A stretch of 64,000 nt of DNA. Origin: Candidatus Poribacteria bacterium (GTDB taxonomy: Bacteria; Poribacteria; WGA-4E; PCPOR2b). Below the pieces are notes generated by a model that was not told the DNA's origin, did not search any database, and saw only the letters and a program-made list of their open reading frames with translations. Position 1 is the first letter of the stretch; every line of letters begins with the position of its first letter. The DNA lies in assembly GCA_965215015.1 (NCBI GenBank), contig OZ244042.1, positions 1,088,001 through 1,152,000 on the forward strand, written 5' to 3'. Below, one piece after another: positions 1 through 9,877 of this stretch. Made by a program: the position numbers and the translations under genes.

Positions 1-745
1 CGGCATTGGGTGACTCCGATACCCTCGATTGAACCAAGCGAACAACGCAATAATCGTCAAACTAGCTGGATTAATCCGCCGCGTTCCAAACACGGTTGTC
101 ATGATAAGTTGAGGGCTGACGAAAAGGAGCGCATGAGGTGTGCCGCCCTCCGCTCGAACACGAGTAATCGCAACTGCAAGTAGAAAATAAAGCCCGCAGA
201 AGCACCCCGTAACCCAGACTGCCATCCCCGCGGCAGATGTGAACACCCCACGACCCAAGACAAGAATGCCCAGCACCGCCCACCGATAAGGCATCGGTTC
301 GTCAGAATCATCCAGCGTTGAATCAATGCCGATAACCTTTTTGCCAACTTGAATCAGATGCCGACGTGTCATCCATACCGCCGTGCAGAAAACTGTAATC
401 CACGCCCCATAAGACTGCTCATTAAGCTGAGGGAAATGCCACGCACCCGTCGCTGCGCCAATGACCCGTTCAATCATACGGATAGCGAAGAAGAACCAAC
501 ATGATAGCAAAAGTTCAATCGGGAGAAAGAACGCTAATCCGATCCCAAATGGGTACAGATAAATCCGTATCCAAGCTATTACAGTCCACGGGTGATCTGA
601 GAAGATGCCGGGCCAAATTGGCGTCGTCTTGATGCACGGAATGCCGGGGATGAGTGTATAAAGAAAATGAATCCCATTAATCACACCGATAGCCGCGGCG
701 ATGCCGAACCCAATCCACATCATCCGATTTTTCAGGAGTCTAACC
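1..745 (-). pseudogene. Frameshifted remnant of a polytopic membrane protein (DUF6785/DUF6784-like, OPT-transporter-related); runs off the window start
   Basis: Minus-strand hydrophobic segments (LLKNRMMWIGFGIAAAIGVINGIHFLY...YPFGIGLAFFLPIELLLSCWFFF) are spread over several frames with stops. No intact ORF. Confidence 0.55.
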
Positions 746-847
746 CCTTATTTTCAAATGATTCAGCTGTTTATGGTCCATTAATTTAAACGTATCCATC
801 ACGCTCGGCATCATTGATAAGCGTACGTAAAACATACAAATCATCTC

Positions 848-1549
848 CTAATACACCAAGATGGTTGGGCTGGCAGCACCCAGCGGGCGTGTGTCGGTAA
901 AGGGCCTGATTAAATCGGTAGGACGAAATGTCGATTGAATGAATAGCATACCACCTTCGGAGATCAGTCGCGTCATCACAATCATGATAATCAGAAACAG
1001 GCAATTTACGGTGAGACTAACGACAAAAGATACGCCAGCAATCACACTCCACATAGTCATGGTCCCGATCCCAATTAACAGACCGAGCCATGCCGCTCGT
1101 GGGGACATCGACTCATTCGCTAACTCGACTGATGATCTATCAGCAGGGTCTGATGGGTTCGATACCTGTCAGCCGGATGGAACGCAAGGCGGACCGTGTT
1201 CACCGACATGGTGAAAAAAGGTGATGTTCCACTCGTTTTCGGGGGACTGATAGTAGGTGGGCGCGATGACAATGGGAATGAAATACGCAGCAAAACCCAG
1301 CGATGAGATACCCGCGCTCACCAGTGTCATCCCGTAGATAGTTACCAATTCAGAATGGACGAGGGGTGTCCCGATGCGGTGCAGGAGGGGGTTGACTACC
1401 AGTTGGAGAAACACAAAGACCATCAGGACGCCAACCGGCAGGTGGCAGGAAGCGAGCCATGTACCTCGAATCCAAAAATCCCCAATTGGCGTGGCAATGG
1501 CAAGGATTATCGTTGCGAAGATTCCTATTAATACGCTACGTGTGGTCAT
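848..1549 (-). pseudogene. Second DUF6785-like membrane protein remnant with an internal deletion
   Basis: The N-terminal piece MTTRSVLIGIFATIILAIATP...ELVTIYGM...PENEW (start 1549) is joined out of frame to a later piece SPRAAWLGLL...TRLISEGG (848-1108). Both are typical parts of this family. Confidence 0.6.
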
Positions 1550-1682
1550 AATCAACTGATACTGGAAAAATTCGTGCGTCGCCCAAGCTGTGGAAGGCCC
1601 TAACAACAATGACCTATTACGAATCTAACAACATGTTGAAGTACATATTTTTGCATCACTATGGAGGTATTTTTTTCCTCAG

Positions 1683-1710
1683 ATTATACCCATTTTTCCC
1701 ACTGTGTCAA
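1683..1710 (-). promoter_or_regulatory. sigma70-type promoter TTGACA-N16-TATAAT pointing into the pseudogene pair
   Basis: Perfect consensus hexamers on the minus strand with a 16-bp spacer. Confidence 0.55.
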
Positions 1711-1793
1711 CAGAAAAAGCGTATCCATACGTTGCGGGTGGATTGGAGGGACTAATGATGCGTAGATTACATCTTCTAAAGCATATTCTCCAC

Positions 1794-1822
1794 TTGTCAA
1801 ACTTCTTTCTTTAAAGTATACT
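1794..1822 (+). promoter_or_regulatory. sigma70-type promoter TTGTCA-N17-TATACT for the oxidoreductase
   Basis: Near-consensus hexamers, 17-bp spacer, followed by a GGAGG RBS and ATG at 1850. Confidence 0.55.
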
Positions 1823-1849
1823 CATGGGAAAAATAAAGGGAGGTAAAAA

Positions 1850-3355
1850 ATGAACGAATATGATCTAACCATTATCGGGGGCGGAAGTGCAGGCTTGGTT
1901 CTAGCGGTGGCAGGTGCCAAGTTAGGAGTAAAAACAGCCCTCGTCGAGAAGCACCGATTGGGGGGCGATTGCCTCTGGACAGGGTGTGTGCCATCGAAAG
2001 CCATCCTCAAATCAGCGAAGATTGCCCATTACGTCAAAGAAGCTGAAAAATACGGCGTCCTCGTGAAAGACGCGCAGGTGGACTTTGCACGGGTTATGGC
2101 GTATGTTCGCAGCACCCAACAGACCATCGAGCGCGAGCATGATAATCCGGAACGATTCCGTGAAATGGGTGTAAATGTCATCTTCGGGGAAGGGCATTTT
2201 GAATCGCCAACAACCTTTGTGGTTCAAGACACAGAGAACAACCAAACCCTCACGCTCAAGAGCAAAAAATTCGTCATCGCAACCGGCTCTCGTCCAACCG
2301 CACCCCATATTCCCGGGATAGATTCCGTCAATTATCTGGACAGCGAAAATGTCTGGGAATTAGATCAATTGCCCGAAAGGCTATTGGTGATAGGCGCGGG
2401 TCCTATCGGGGTTGAGTTGGGACAGGCATTTCATCGTTTGGGCGCAAAAGTGACGATTCTGCAACGCAGCGACCGGATTTTAACGAAAGAAGACCCGGAA
2501 GTCTCTGAGAAAATGTTGGATTACCTTCGAGAAGATGGGGTTGAAATTCTCTTAAATACCAATCCCGTTCAGATCGACCCGATCAAAGCCTCACTTAGCC
2601 AAGAACTCAATCCGGATATAGCAGTATGGGAAACGCAAAATACCGAGACATCGGAGGAGTATCGGATTCAGCTCAAGACAGCAGATACAGGGGATGAGCG
2701 CGAAATGGTCGTCGATCGGATCCTGATTGCGGCAGGACGGAAGCCAAACATCGAAGGGTTGGAACTTGAGAAAATTGGTGTCAAGGTCGGAAAAAGGGGA
2801 ATTGAGGTCAACAATAAGTTGCAAACAACCGTCAAAAGTATTTATGCTGCTGGCGATGTGATTGGACATTACCTATTTACACATGTTGCAGCGTTTCAAG
2901 CGACGCAGATTGTTCGGAATATCTGTTTCCCCGGTTCTGGTGCGGTAGACTATTCCGTCGTCCCTTGGGCCACCTTCTGCGATCCGGAGGTCGCTCGGTG
3001 CGGTCTCACCGAAGCGGAGGCTCGTGAAAAACATGGAGCGATCGATGTTTTCAGAGTGGATCTCCACGATGTCGATCGCGCTGTCGCCGAGGGAGACACG
3101 AAAGGGTTTATCAAGGTCGTTGCGACCCGTTGGACGGGAAAACTTTTGGGAGTTCACCTAGTCGGATCAAATGCGGGAGAAGTCATCCACGAGTTTATCT
3201 TGGCGATGAATGCGAATATTCCGTTGAGGAAGTTAGCGGGAATCATCCACATTTATCCGACGTTTTCGAGCATCGTTTGGCGGGTTGCCGGAAAATGGCT
3301 TGCCGAAGGCACCTTGATCCAAACAGTACGCGGCATATTCAGGAAAGGGAAATAA
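1850..3355 (+). CDS. Class-I pyridine nucleotide-disulfide oxidoreductase (dihydrolipoamide dehydrogenase/mercuric reductase-like)
   Basis: GGGSAG FAD motif, redox-active GGDCLWTGCVPSK, IATGSRP, GAGPIG NAD motif, YAAGD, C-terminal HIYPT; strong RBS. Confidence 0.9.
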   Translation: MNEYDLTIIGGGSAGLVLAVAGAKLGVKTALVEKHRLGGDCLWTGCVPSKAILKSAKIAHYVKEAEKYGVLVKDAQVDFARVMAYVRSTQQTIEREHDNPERFREMGVNVIFGEGHFESPTTFVVQDTENNQTLTLKSKKFVIATGSRPTAPHIPGIDSVNYLDSENVWELDQLPERLLVIGAGPIGVELGQAFHRLGAKVTILQRSDRILTKEDPEVSEKMLDYLREDGVEILLNTNPVQIDPIKASLSQELNPDIAVWETQNTETSEEYRIQLKTADTGDEREMVVDRILIAAGRKPNIEGLELEKIGVKVGKRGIEVNNKLQTTVKSIYAAGDVIGHYLFTHVAAFQATQIVRNICFPGSGAVDYSVVPWATFCDPEVARCGLTEAEAREKHGAIDVFRVDLHDVDRAVAEGDTKGFIKVVATRWTGKLLGVHLVGSNAGEVIHEFILAMNANIPLRKLAGIIHIYPTFSSIVWRVAGKWLAEGTLIQTVRGIFRKGK

Positions 3356-3377
3356 CTGGAGTCATCAGGTTTTTCGG

Positions 3378-3406
3378 TTGTTACTTTTTTGCAATCGTGG
3401 TATAAT
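3378..3406 (+). promoter_or_regulatory. sigma70-type promoter TTGTTA-N17-TATAAT with extended -10 TG
   Basis: Hexamers and spacing read directly. Confidence 0.45.
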
Positions 3407-3464
3407 TTCTTTCATTCAATGTTGCTAAGTTATGACAGACGATTCGGATAATTAGGACTATCAA

Positions 3465-3950
3465 ATGAAGTCAACATGCAGACACTAACCATACCACGCT
3501 TATTATCCTAGCACTGATTAGTGGCATCGGCTGTGCATCATCCGGCCATGATGAAGATGGAGAACATGAGGTAAACGGTGAACTAACGGGGTACCTAACA
3601 AGTCATGAAGCGGGAGGCGGCGAAGGCGAGGAGTCTGGACAAAGGTTTGCTAAAGACAAAACTTACGCCTAGGGGCGAAACGGTGTGCAGTTAAAGCTCG
3701 CCTATGATGCGAAAACAAATGCCTTCGTTGGAGCAGTAGAAAATACGACAAACCAAATCTTGTCCAAGGGGCGCGTTGAAGCTTATCTATCTAATGGAAT
3801 AGACCTGGGACCTACGACACCGACCAATCTTGCCCCCGGTCAAAAGGTAAACGTTGAAATCAATGCGGCAGGCCAGGACTTTAATAAATGAGGTTGGCTC
3901 AAGTGAACACGGTGGCGGGAAGCAACATGACGCAGACGGTGAACATGCCT
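3465..3950 (+). pseudogene. Degraded secreted lipoprotein (His/Glu/Gly-rich linker plus Ig-like/FxLYD-like domain)
   Basis: One frame reads LIILALISGIGC-ASSGHDEDGEHE...GEESGQRFAKDKTYA*GRNGVQLKLAYDAKTNAFVGAVENTT...LSNGIDLGPTTP...FNK*. TAG at 3670, TGA at 3889 and a frameshifted start. Confidence 0.6.
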
Positions 3951-4009
3951 GAAATGTCTTGTTCAGAAATAATAAAAATCCACACGACGGAACGAGGAAA
4001 TTGAGAAAT

Positions 4010-5077
4010 ATGGACGCAACCATTCAACCGATTTTGGAGAAAGTATTAGCCGGTGAACGCCTAGATTTTGATGACGGACTGACGCTTTTCAAAAGTCATG
4101 ATCTCCTATCAATCGGAGCGGCTGCCGATACAATTCGACAACGGAAGCACCCGGAAAACTACATTACCTATATCGTCGATCGCAATATCAACTACACAAA
4201 CTGGTGCTATGTTGATTGCGATTTTTGCGCCTTCTATCGCCACAAAACCGATCCCGATGCGTATGTAATGTCCAAGGAGGAGCTGGGAAATAAAATCCAA
4301 GAGACGATTGACCTTGGCGGCGTACTCATCCTCATGCAGGGTGGGCTACATCCTAAACTGAAACTTGACTGGTACGAAGACCTCCTCCAGTGGATCAAGG
4401 CAAATTATAAAATCCATATTCACGGCTTCTCCCCACCAGAGCTTGACTGGTTCGCCAAAATCAACCGACTTTCTCTCAAAGAGACCTTAATCCGTCTACG
4501 CGATGCCGGGTTAGATTCCATTCCCGGCGGCGGGGCAGAAATCTTGACCGACCATGCCCGCGACGAAATCAGTCCGAAAAAATGCACGTCAGACGAGTGG
4601 TTGGAAGTGATGCGTCAAGGTCATTATGTGGGCCTCCGTTCGAGTGCAACGATGATGTACGGACATGTCGAAAGCTACGGGGAACGTGTGGAACATCTTC
4701 TCCGCCTGCGCGAACTACAGGACGAAACAGGCGGCTTTACAGCCTTCATTTGTTGGTCACTTCAACCCAAGCACACGCGCCTCGAACACATCCCACCCGC
4801 GGGCAGCTTTGAATACCTTAAGACACTCGCAATCTCCCGACTGATGCTCGACAACTTTGACAACTTCCAATCGTCATGGGTCACCCAAGGGCCGAAGATT
4901 GGTCAAATGTCGCTTAAATTTGGGGCAAACGACATGGGAGGCACAATGATCGAGGAAAACGTCGTTAGCAAGGCGGGGACAGTCTACTGTATGCCCATCG
5001 AAGAAATTGAGCGTACGATTTCTGAGTTAGGGTTCGTCCCGAAGCAGCGGAATTTTTTATATGAGCTCCTCAACTAA
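4010..5077 (+). CDS. mqnC: Cyclic dehypoxanthinyl futalosine synthase (radical SAM, futalosine menaquinone pathway)
   Basis: DRNINYTNWCYVDCDFCAF CxxxCxxC, MQGGLHP, SIPGGGAEIL, TGGFTAFI, QSSWVTQG, GANDMGGTMIEENVV. ATG 4010 preferred over 3959. Confidence 0.88.
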   Translation: MDATIQPILEKVLAGERLDFDDGLTLFKSHDLLSIGAAADTIRQRKHPENYITYIVDRNINYTNWCYVDCDFCAFYRHKTDPDAYVMSKEELGNKIQETIDLGGVLILMQGGLHPKLKLDWYEDLLQWIKANYKIHIHGFSPPELDWFAKINRLSLKETLIRLRDAGLDSIPGGGAEILTDHARDEISPKKCTSDEWLEVMRQGHYVGLRSSATMMYGHVESYGERVEHLLRLRELQDETGGFTAFICWSLQPKHTRLEHIPPAGSFEYLKTLAISRLMLDNFDNFQSSWVTQGPKIGQMSLKFGANDMGGTMIEENVVSKAGTVYCMPIEEIERTISELGFVPKQRNFLYELLN

Positions 5078-5118
5078 TCTAGACCGAAATGGAGTCAATT
5101 TTTTAGTCTGAAAAACCT

Positions 5119-6171
5119 ATGCCTCTGATTTCTGCCGCCCAACTCAGAACCATCAGCATTAATATCTTCACTGCCTTAGGTCTCAAAGCAGACAAAGCCC
5201 AAACAATCTCGAATCGACTTATCGAGTCCAATCTCGCTGGACACGATTCACACGGTGTTTTGCGCCTACCGCAGTACGTTCTGAGCATCCAGAGTAAGAC
5301 AATTGATCCAGACGTAGAGATTGAGATTGTCAGCGAAACCCCTTCCAGTGCAATCATTGATGGGCATCAAGGATTGGGACAATTCATTGCTACCCAAGCG
5401 ATGGAAATCGCCATTGCAAAAGCGAAAGAGCACACCATCAGCACAGTAAACGTCTATAACTGCAACCATATTGGGCGTCTTGCTGATTATGTGATGATGG
5501 CTGCCGAAGAAAAGATGATCGGTATGCTGTTTCTTAACGGACATGGCGGGGACCACGGCGTTTCACCGTGGGGCGGCACCGATCGACGACTCAGCACCAA
5601 TCCCTTTGCATGCGCCCTCCCTACAGGGAAGGATAGCCCAATGGTCATTGATCTCACCACCAGCATCGTTGCCGGTGGGAAAATTCGGGCGTATCGCAGC
5701 CGGGGTGAGCCGTTGCCGGAAGGGTGGATCCTCGACGCCGATGGGGTTCCAAGTACCGATCCCAACGCATACCTCGAAGATCCGAAAGGCGCACTACTCC
5801 CATTTGGCGACATCGCGGGGCACAAAGGCTACGGATTAAGCATGCTGACAGATATTCTCGCCGGTGCGATGTGCGACGCCGGTTGCAGCCGCTCATCATC
5901 GCCCGGTGTCGGTAACGCCTTCTTTATCATCGTCCTCGACATTGAGAAATTCACGACGCCTGCGGATTTTGAAGCGCATGTTGCACAGTTGGTAGATTTC
6001 GTCAAAGCCTCTCCAACCGCCCCCGGTTTCGATGAAATTTCGATACCCGGTGAACGTTCCGCACGTACCCGCCAGCAGCGATTGGCAAACGGCATCCCAC
6101 TTGACGATACGACATGGGAACGCCTCGTCGAAACCGCTCAAAGCCTTGGAGTCTCCGTTTCGGACGGATGA
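5119..6171 (+). CDS. Ldh_2-family NAD(P)-dependent oxidoreductase (malate/L-lactate/sulfolactate dehydrogenase-like)
   Basis: GHDSHG, HIGRL, STNP, GHKGYGL and IPGE motifs. Confidence 0.9.
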   Translation: MPLISAAQLRTISINIFTALGLKADKAQTISNRLIESNLAGHDSHGVLRLPQYVLSIQSKTIDPDVEIEIVSETPSSAIIDGHQGLGQFIATQAMEIAIAKAKEHTISTVNVYNCNHIGRLADYVMMAAEEKMIGMLFLNGHGGDHGVSPWGGTDRRLSTNPFACALPTGKDSPMVIDLTTSIVAGGKIRAYRSRGEPLPEGWILDADGVPSTDPNAYLEDPKGALLPFGDIAGHKGYGLSMLTDILAGAMCDAGCSRSSSPGVGNAFFIIVLDIEKFTTPADFEAHVAQLVDFVKASPTAPGFDEISIPGERSARTRQQRLANGIPLDDTTWERLVETAQSLGVSVSDG

Positions 6172-6178
6172 CTCGCAA

Positions 6179-6910
6179 TTAACGGGATTCGGCAAATCGA
6201 CGCAAATCTTCGTTGGCATAAGCGGCGACCGCTGCATTCGCTTCCCGCCTGACTTTCAACATTTCGACAACTTCTTCTAACCGTTCTGACGGAATTGTGC
6301 ACGTCATCTCATCCGGCGACATCCCCGTTCGCACCCGGCTTAGCATACACCCCGTACTAATCGCGAGTTTTCCCTGCTCTTTCGAGATTGGGATGATGTG
6401 GCACTGCGGTTTACCAACGAAAACCGTATCACTAAACCCATCATGGATAACCATCGCCTGAAAAGCGTTTACCCGCAAAAGTATCACATCGGGATCAACG
6501 GGGGTATCTGCTAACGGTCCATAGGTGATGCAGCTCGGGTGATCCGTTACAAAGGGCAGCTGCATCGCTTCTTCGGGAGATACCCACCCTACCTCTACGA
6601 TGGCACCGACATCTCCGTTATTCATCACCTCTTCCAACGTTTTCAACCCGTGTGTAACACTCCCAACGCTACAGTTGTAGTGATCTTCTGGCACTGTCGT
6701 AAACGTCTGTTCAACGGCATCCTTCCAAAAGACGCATCCTGCCGCAACTTTGCCGCTGCGACCATCGGGCGTTGGGGCTGGTATCTCACCTTCATATACA
6801 GGCACGCCTTGAGGAGCTTCGTCAGAAAATGTGATCGCGATGGGAGCGTGCTTCAAACCGAGTTCTCTATCTAATTGTTCAGCTAATAATTGCCAATTTT
6901 TTGTCATCAT
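6179..6910 (-). CDS. DUF169-family protein (Cys-containing)
   Basis: AGCVFW, HYNCSVG, YGPLADTPVDPDVI, PQC, STGCMLSR pattern. Confidence 0.75.
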   Translation of the reverse strand: MMTKNWQLLAEQLDRELGLKHAPIAITFSDEAPQGVPVYEGEIPAPTPDGRSGKVAAGCVFWKDAVEQTFTTVPEDHYNCSVGSVTHGLKTLEEVMNNGDVGAIVEVGWVSPEEAMQLPFVTDHPSCITYGPLADTPVDPDVILLRVNAFQAMVIHDGFSDTVFVGKPQCHIIPISKEQGKLAISTGCMLSRVRTGMSPDEMTCTIPSERLEEVVEMLKVRREANAAVAAYANEDLRRFAESR

Positions 6911-7114
6911 AAAGACTGTCCTTTCGTTTGATATATTGCCTGAGACAGGATAGGCACTTGTCCCATCCTTGCTATTTGGGGGAACTGATCAATGAATTAG
7001 CAAAGATAAGTACAGGAGGGTGAGGAATCTCGTATTGCAGCTGGGCATAGATTTGATTTTCTTCTAAAGTATTCATTCCTGCCTTCAAAATTTCACCCAC
7101 CTGCCTGTGATTTG

Positions 7115-9343
7115 TTATTCAACAACATTTCTTGATTTTAATAAAATTCGTACCGTTTTCGGTAACACTTCCCACGCTAGCAATGCAGCACCAAGAATGA
7201 TAAGTGCATCGCCGGGCATCCGCAACTTATTGAGCAGGTGAACCCATGTCCCCTCGTAAAAGGACAATGCTCGGGCGGCGGCGTAGTCCACGCGCACTGC
7301 TTCCAACAACTGTAGCACGCCGATGGGAACGACTGAAAACACAAGCATAAACGCTAAGCCGATGTTAAGCAGCCAGAAACTGACCTTAAGCCACCTTTCG
7401 TCCCACCCACCCAATTCGGCATGGCGTGTTACATATAGCAACATCCCCAATGCCAGAAAACCGAATGCTCCGAAGAACGAGGCGTGCCCGTGTGCAACTG
7501 TGAGGAATGTACCGTGTTCATAGTAATTCACAATAGGCAAGTTTATCAATAGGCCCAAGATCCCTGATCCAATGAATTGCCAAAAAGCGGAGGCAATGAA
7601 GAAATAGAGCGGCAACCGATGTCGCGTTTTTCGGTTCGCGCTCGACTTGAATGTGTTCAAGGCACTAGTAAGTAAGAAAAAAAGAGGTAATACCTCTAGC
7701 GTACTAAAAACACTGCCGATTCCTATCCACAATGTTGGCTCGCCAACCCACCAGTAATGGTGTCCAATGGCTAAAAAACCTGCCAGTAAAACGATGGCAC
7801 CTTCTAGATAGAGGCTTTTGGTAACTTCCTCGTTGGTGACGAGTCGAAGCCCCGCAAAGAACCACCCCATCACCAGCAGCTGGAAGAATGTAAAGATTCC
7901 TTCAACCCAATGATGGACAACCCACCACCGCCAGAAATCAATGATGACCCAATGACTGTCGGGACGGTAGAGGAAACTAGCAAAGAACACCGCGGTGATA
8001 CCGACACCGTTTAGTATTAATAGATTTAGCAATGGTTGCCATCGAGCTCGGGCACTTCTCAAGACCGAGGTGAGCACAATTGTCCAGCATACGAATCCCA
8101 AACCGATTCCAACACGCCATAATCTCCCCATTTCTAAGTATTCCGTACCTTCACTACCGATAAGCGACCATGAAGCACCGAGCCACCCCCTAATACTAGC
8201 GTACACGCCGACCAACGTACCGACAACAGAAATTGTGAGAATGACTAAAGAAAAGTAGGTCAGTGGACGGTGCCATCGCTTTTGGCGTCCACCCAATAGA
8301 AGGGCAGTGTAAAGCGCGCCGGACATCCACATCCCGACTACCCAGATGACAGCGGTAGCGGTATGCACCGATCGGATGCTTTGAAACGGTAAAATTTTCA
8401 TCCGTTCCAATCCTAACCGATCAAACAACCCGTAGAAATCCCCCCGGCTGGCGTAGGCATTTGCCAAATAACCGCCTGCCAAGGTTTGAATCAGGAAAAC
8501 CAGTGTGCACCCTGCCAAAAGCAGCAATGATACCTTCTGAAGGAATGCCAGCGGGTTATGAGCACGTTCGTCGAGAGGGGGAAGCTCAGGGATAGGTTCG
8601 ACTTCCACAAAACTGTAACCAATCACAATCAGAAGCGCGATGAGTAACACCAGACCAATAGTCCACGCTGTCCATGTGAATGTGCGCGGTGTTGCTGTCA
8701 GTCCAAGGTCAGGGATGGGTGGGAAGTTATTCGTATAGGAGCCATCGCTGTTTGGTCGCGAAGTGATACTGAACCACGATGTCCAACCCACAAACGCAGC
8801 GAGTTTTTCGATATCTTCGGGTAGCATTGTCTTCGACGCCGTGCCTAAGTCTCGGTCACCGTCGATAAAGCGTGCTCGATAGACCTCTACGATATGTTGA
8901 TGTGCTGCTGCCCACTCTGAACAGACGACGTGATTTGCTTCATCCTTCGCAGATCTAACAGCAATCTGCACAGCATCCATAACCTGTTTCCGAGCGACCG
9001 AAGTCAAACCCATGAGCGGTTGACTAAATTTCTCTTGTGCAAATGTTTCCGCTATGAAGTCACGGAGCAGTGCTAGATATTCTGCTGTGAAATCCGGACC
9101 GAAGTAACTGCCGTTGCCGAGTAAGGTGCCAAAACCCATGAGATTGTATTTCTGGAAAATCGCTTGCCCGGCGCGAATATTTGCACGAGTGAATACGGTT
9201 TGTCCCTCCGTGGTAACAAGTTCCTCTGGTATTGGAGGAACATGACGATATGTCTTAACCGTGCCCCAAATGAGTACAATGGCACTGACTAGAATCACAA
9301 TAAGCAGAAAACGATTCATTTGAGGTATTGTTAGCCGCATCAC
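7115..9343 (-). CDS. norZ: Quinol-dependent nitric oxide reductase large subunit (qNor/NorZ-type), divergent
   Basis: N-terminal heme-less cytochrome c-like domain ([12 protein letters not shown]), [48 protein letters not shown]; many TM helices. Confidence 0.88.
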   Translation of the reverse strand: MMRLTIPQMNRFLLIVILVSAIVLIWGTVKTYRHVPPIPEELVTTEGQTVFTRANIRAGQAIFQKYNLMGFGTLLGNGSYFGPDFTAEYLALLRDFIAETFAQEKFSQPLMGLTSVARKQVMDAVQIAVRSAKDEANHVVCSEWAAAHQHIVEVYRARFIDGDRDLGTASKTMLPEDIEKLAAFVGWTSWFSITSRPNSDGSYTNNFPPIPDLGLTATPRTFTWTAWTIGLVLLIALLIVIGYSFVEVEPIPELPPLDERAHNPLAFLQKVSLLLLAGCTLVFLIQTLAGGYLANAYASRGDFYGLFDRLGLERMKILPFQSIRSVHTATAVIWVVGMWMSGALYTALLLGGRQKRWHRPLTYFSLVILTISVVGTLVGVYASIRGWLGASWSLIGSEGTEYLEMGRLWRVGIGLGFVCWTIVLTSVLRSARARWQPLLNLLILNGVGITAVFFASFLYRPDSHWVIIDFWRWWVVHHWVEGIFTFFQLLVMGWFFAGLRLVTNEEVTKSLYLEGAIVLLAGFLAIGHHYWWVGEPTLWIGIGSVFSTLEVLPLFFLLTSALNTFKSSANRKTRHRLPLYFFIASAFWQFIGSGILGLLINLPIVNYYEHGTFLTVAHGHASFFGAFGFLALGMLLYVTRHAELGGWDERWLKVSFWLLNIGLAFMLVFSVVPIGVLQLLEAVRVDYAAARALSFYEGTWVHLLNKLRMPGDALIILGAALLAWEVLPKTVRILLKSRNVVE

Positions 9344-9427
9344 AACACTCTCCTTTCAAACTGAGCCAAGCAAAACCCAGAGTTATGGAAGCCGCTGTGA
9401 CAGATTTCCCACCTATTTTTGTGTGTG

Positions 9428-9817
9428 TCACTCATGTGCTGCACCACCAATGATGACAAGGAGCGCACTATCCTCCTTGGCTTCGACAGCGTGAAGGACA
9501 TCAGCCGTGAAGGTAACCGCCTCACCTTGCTCCAGCGAAATCTCCGTCGCTTTTGTTGAAAATATGATGCTTCCGTTAAGTGCAATAACGGTAGCAGTAG
9601 CAGGTGCCGGATGCTCTTTAAGCGCAGCTCCTGCTTTGAGGGTGATTAGTACAACAGTCATTTCATCTCCACGAGCCAGTGTCAGCGAAGCTCGCCCTGA
9701 TGTAGTGAATGTCGCTTCTCTCATCAGTTTTTCAGCCATTGACATAAGTGGAAACGCCTTCGTCATTGAGATGTTCAGATCTACAGGTCTGTAGGGTCTT
9801 TCAAATGATGCATTCAT
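9428..9817 (-). CDS. Cupin-domain protein
   Basis: LKAGAALKEHPAP and GEAVTFTADVLHAVEA cupin motifs; GGAGG RBS. Confidence 0.85.
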   Translation of the reverse strand: MNASFERPYRPVDLNISMTKAFPLMSMAEKLMREATFTTSGRASLTLARGDEMTVVLITLKAGAALKEHPAPATATVIALNGSIIFSTKATEISLEQGEAVTFTADVLHAVEAKEDSALLVIIGGAAHE

Positions 9818-9877
9818 TATGAAACCTCCGTTGGTTGAATACTACGTTAAATAGATTCTTTTCTATCTATTCGTTGT

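Noticed and set aside
1850-3355. Mercuric reductase merA
   Set aside because: No N-terminal HMA domain, no C-terminal Cys-Cys pair, and no mer genes nearby.
3670-3891. Pyrrolysine/selenocysteine or alternative-code read-through
   Set aside because: The gene also has frameshifts, and TAG and TGA end many intact genes in this window, so ordinary decay is the simpler explanation.
7115-9343. Nitric oxide dismutase (Nod)
   Set aside because: The GHH FeB pair and the STLEV glutamate, both altered in Nod, are intact.
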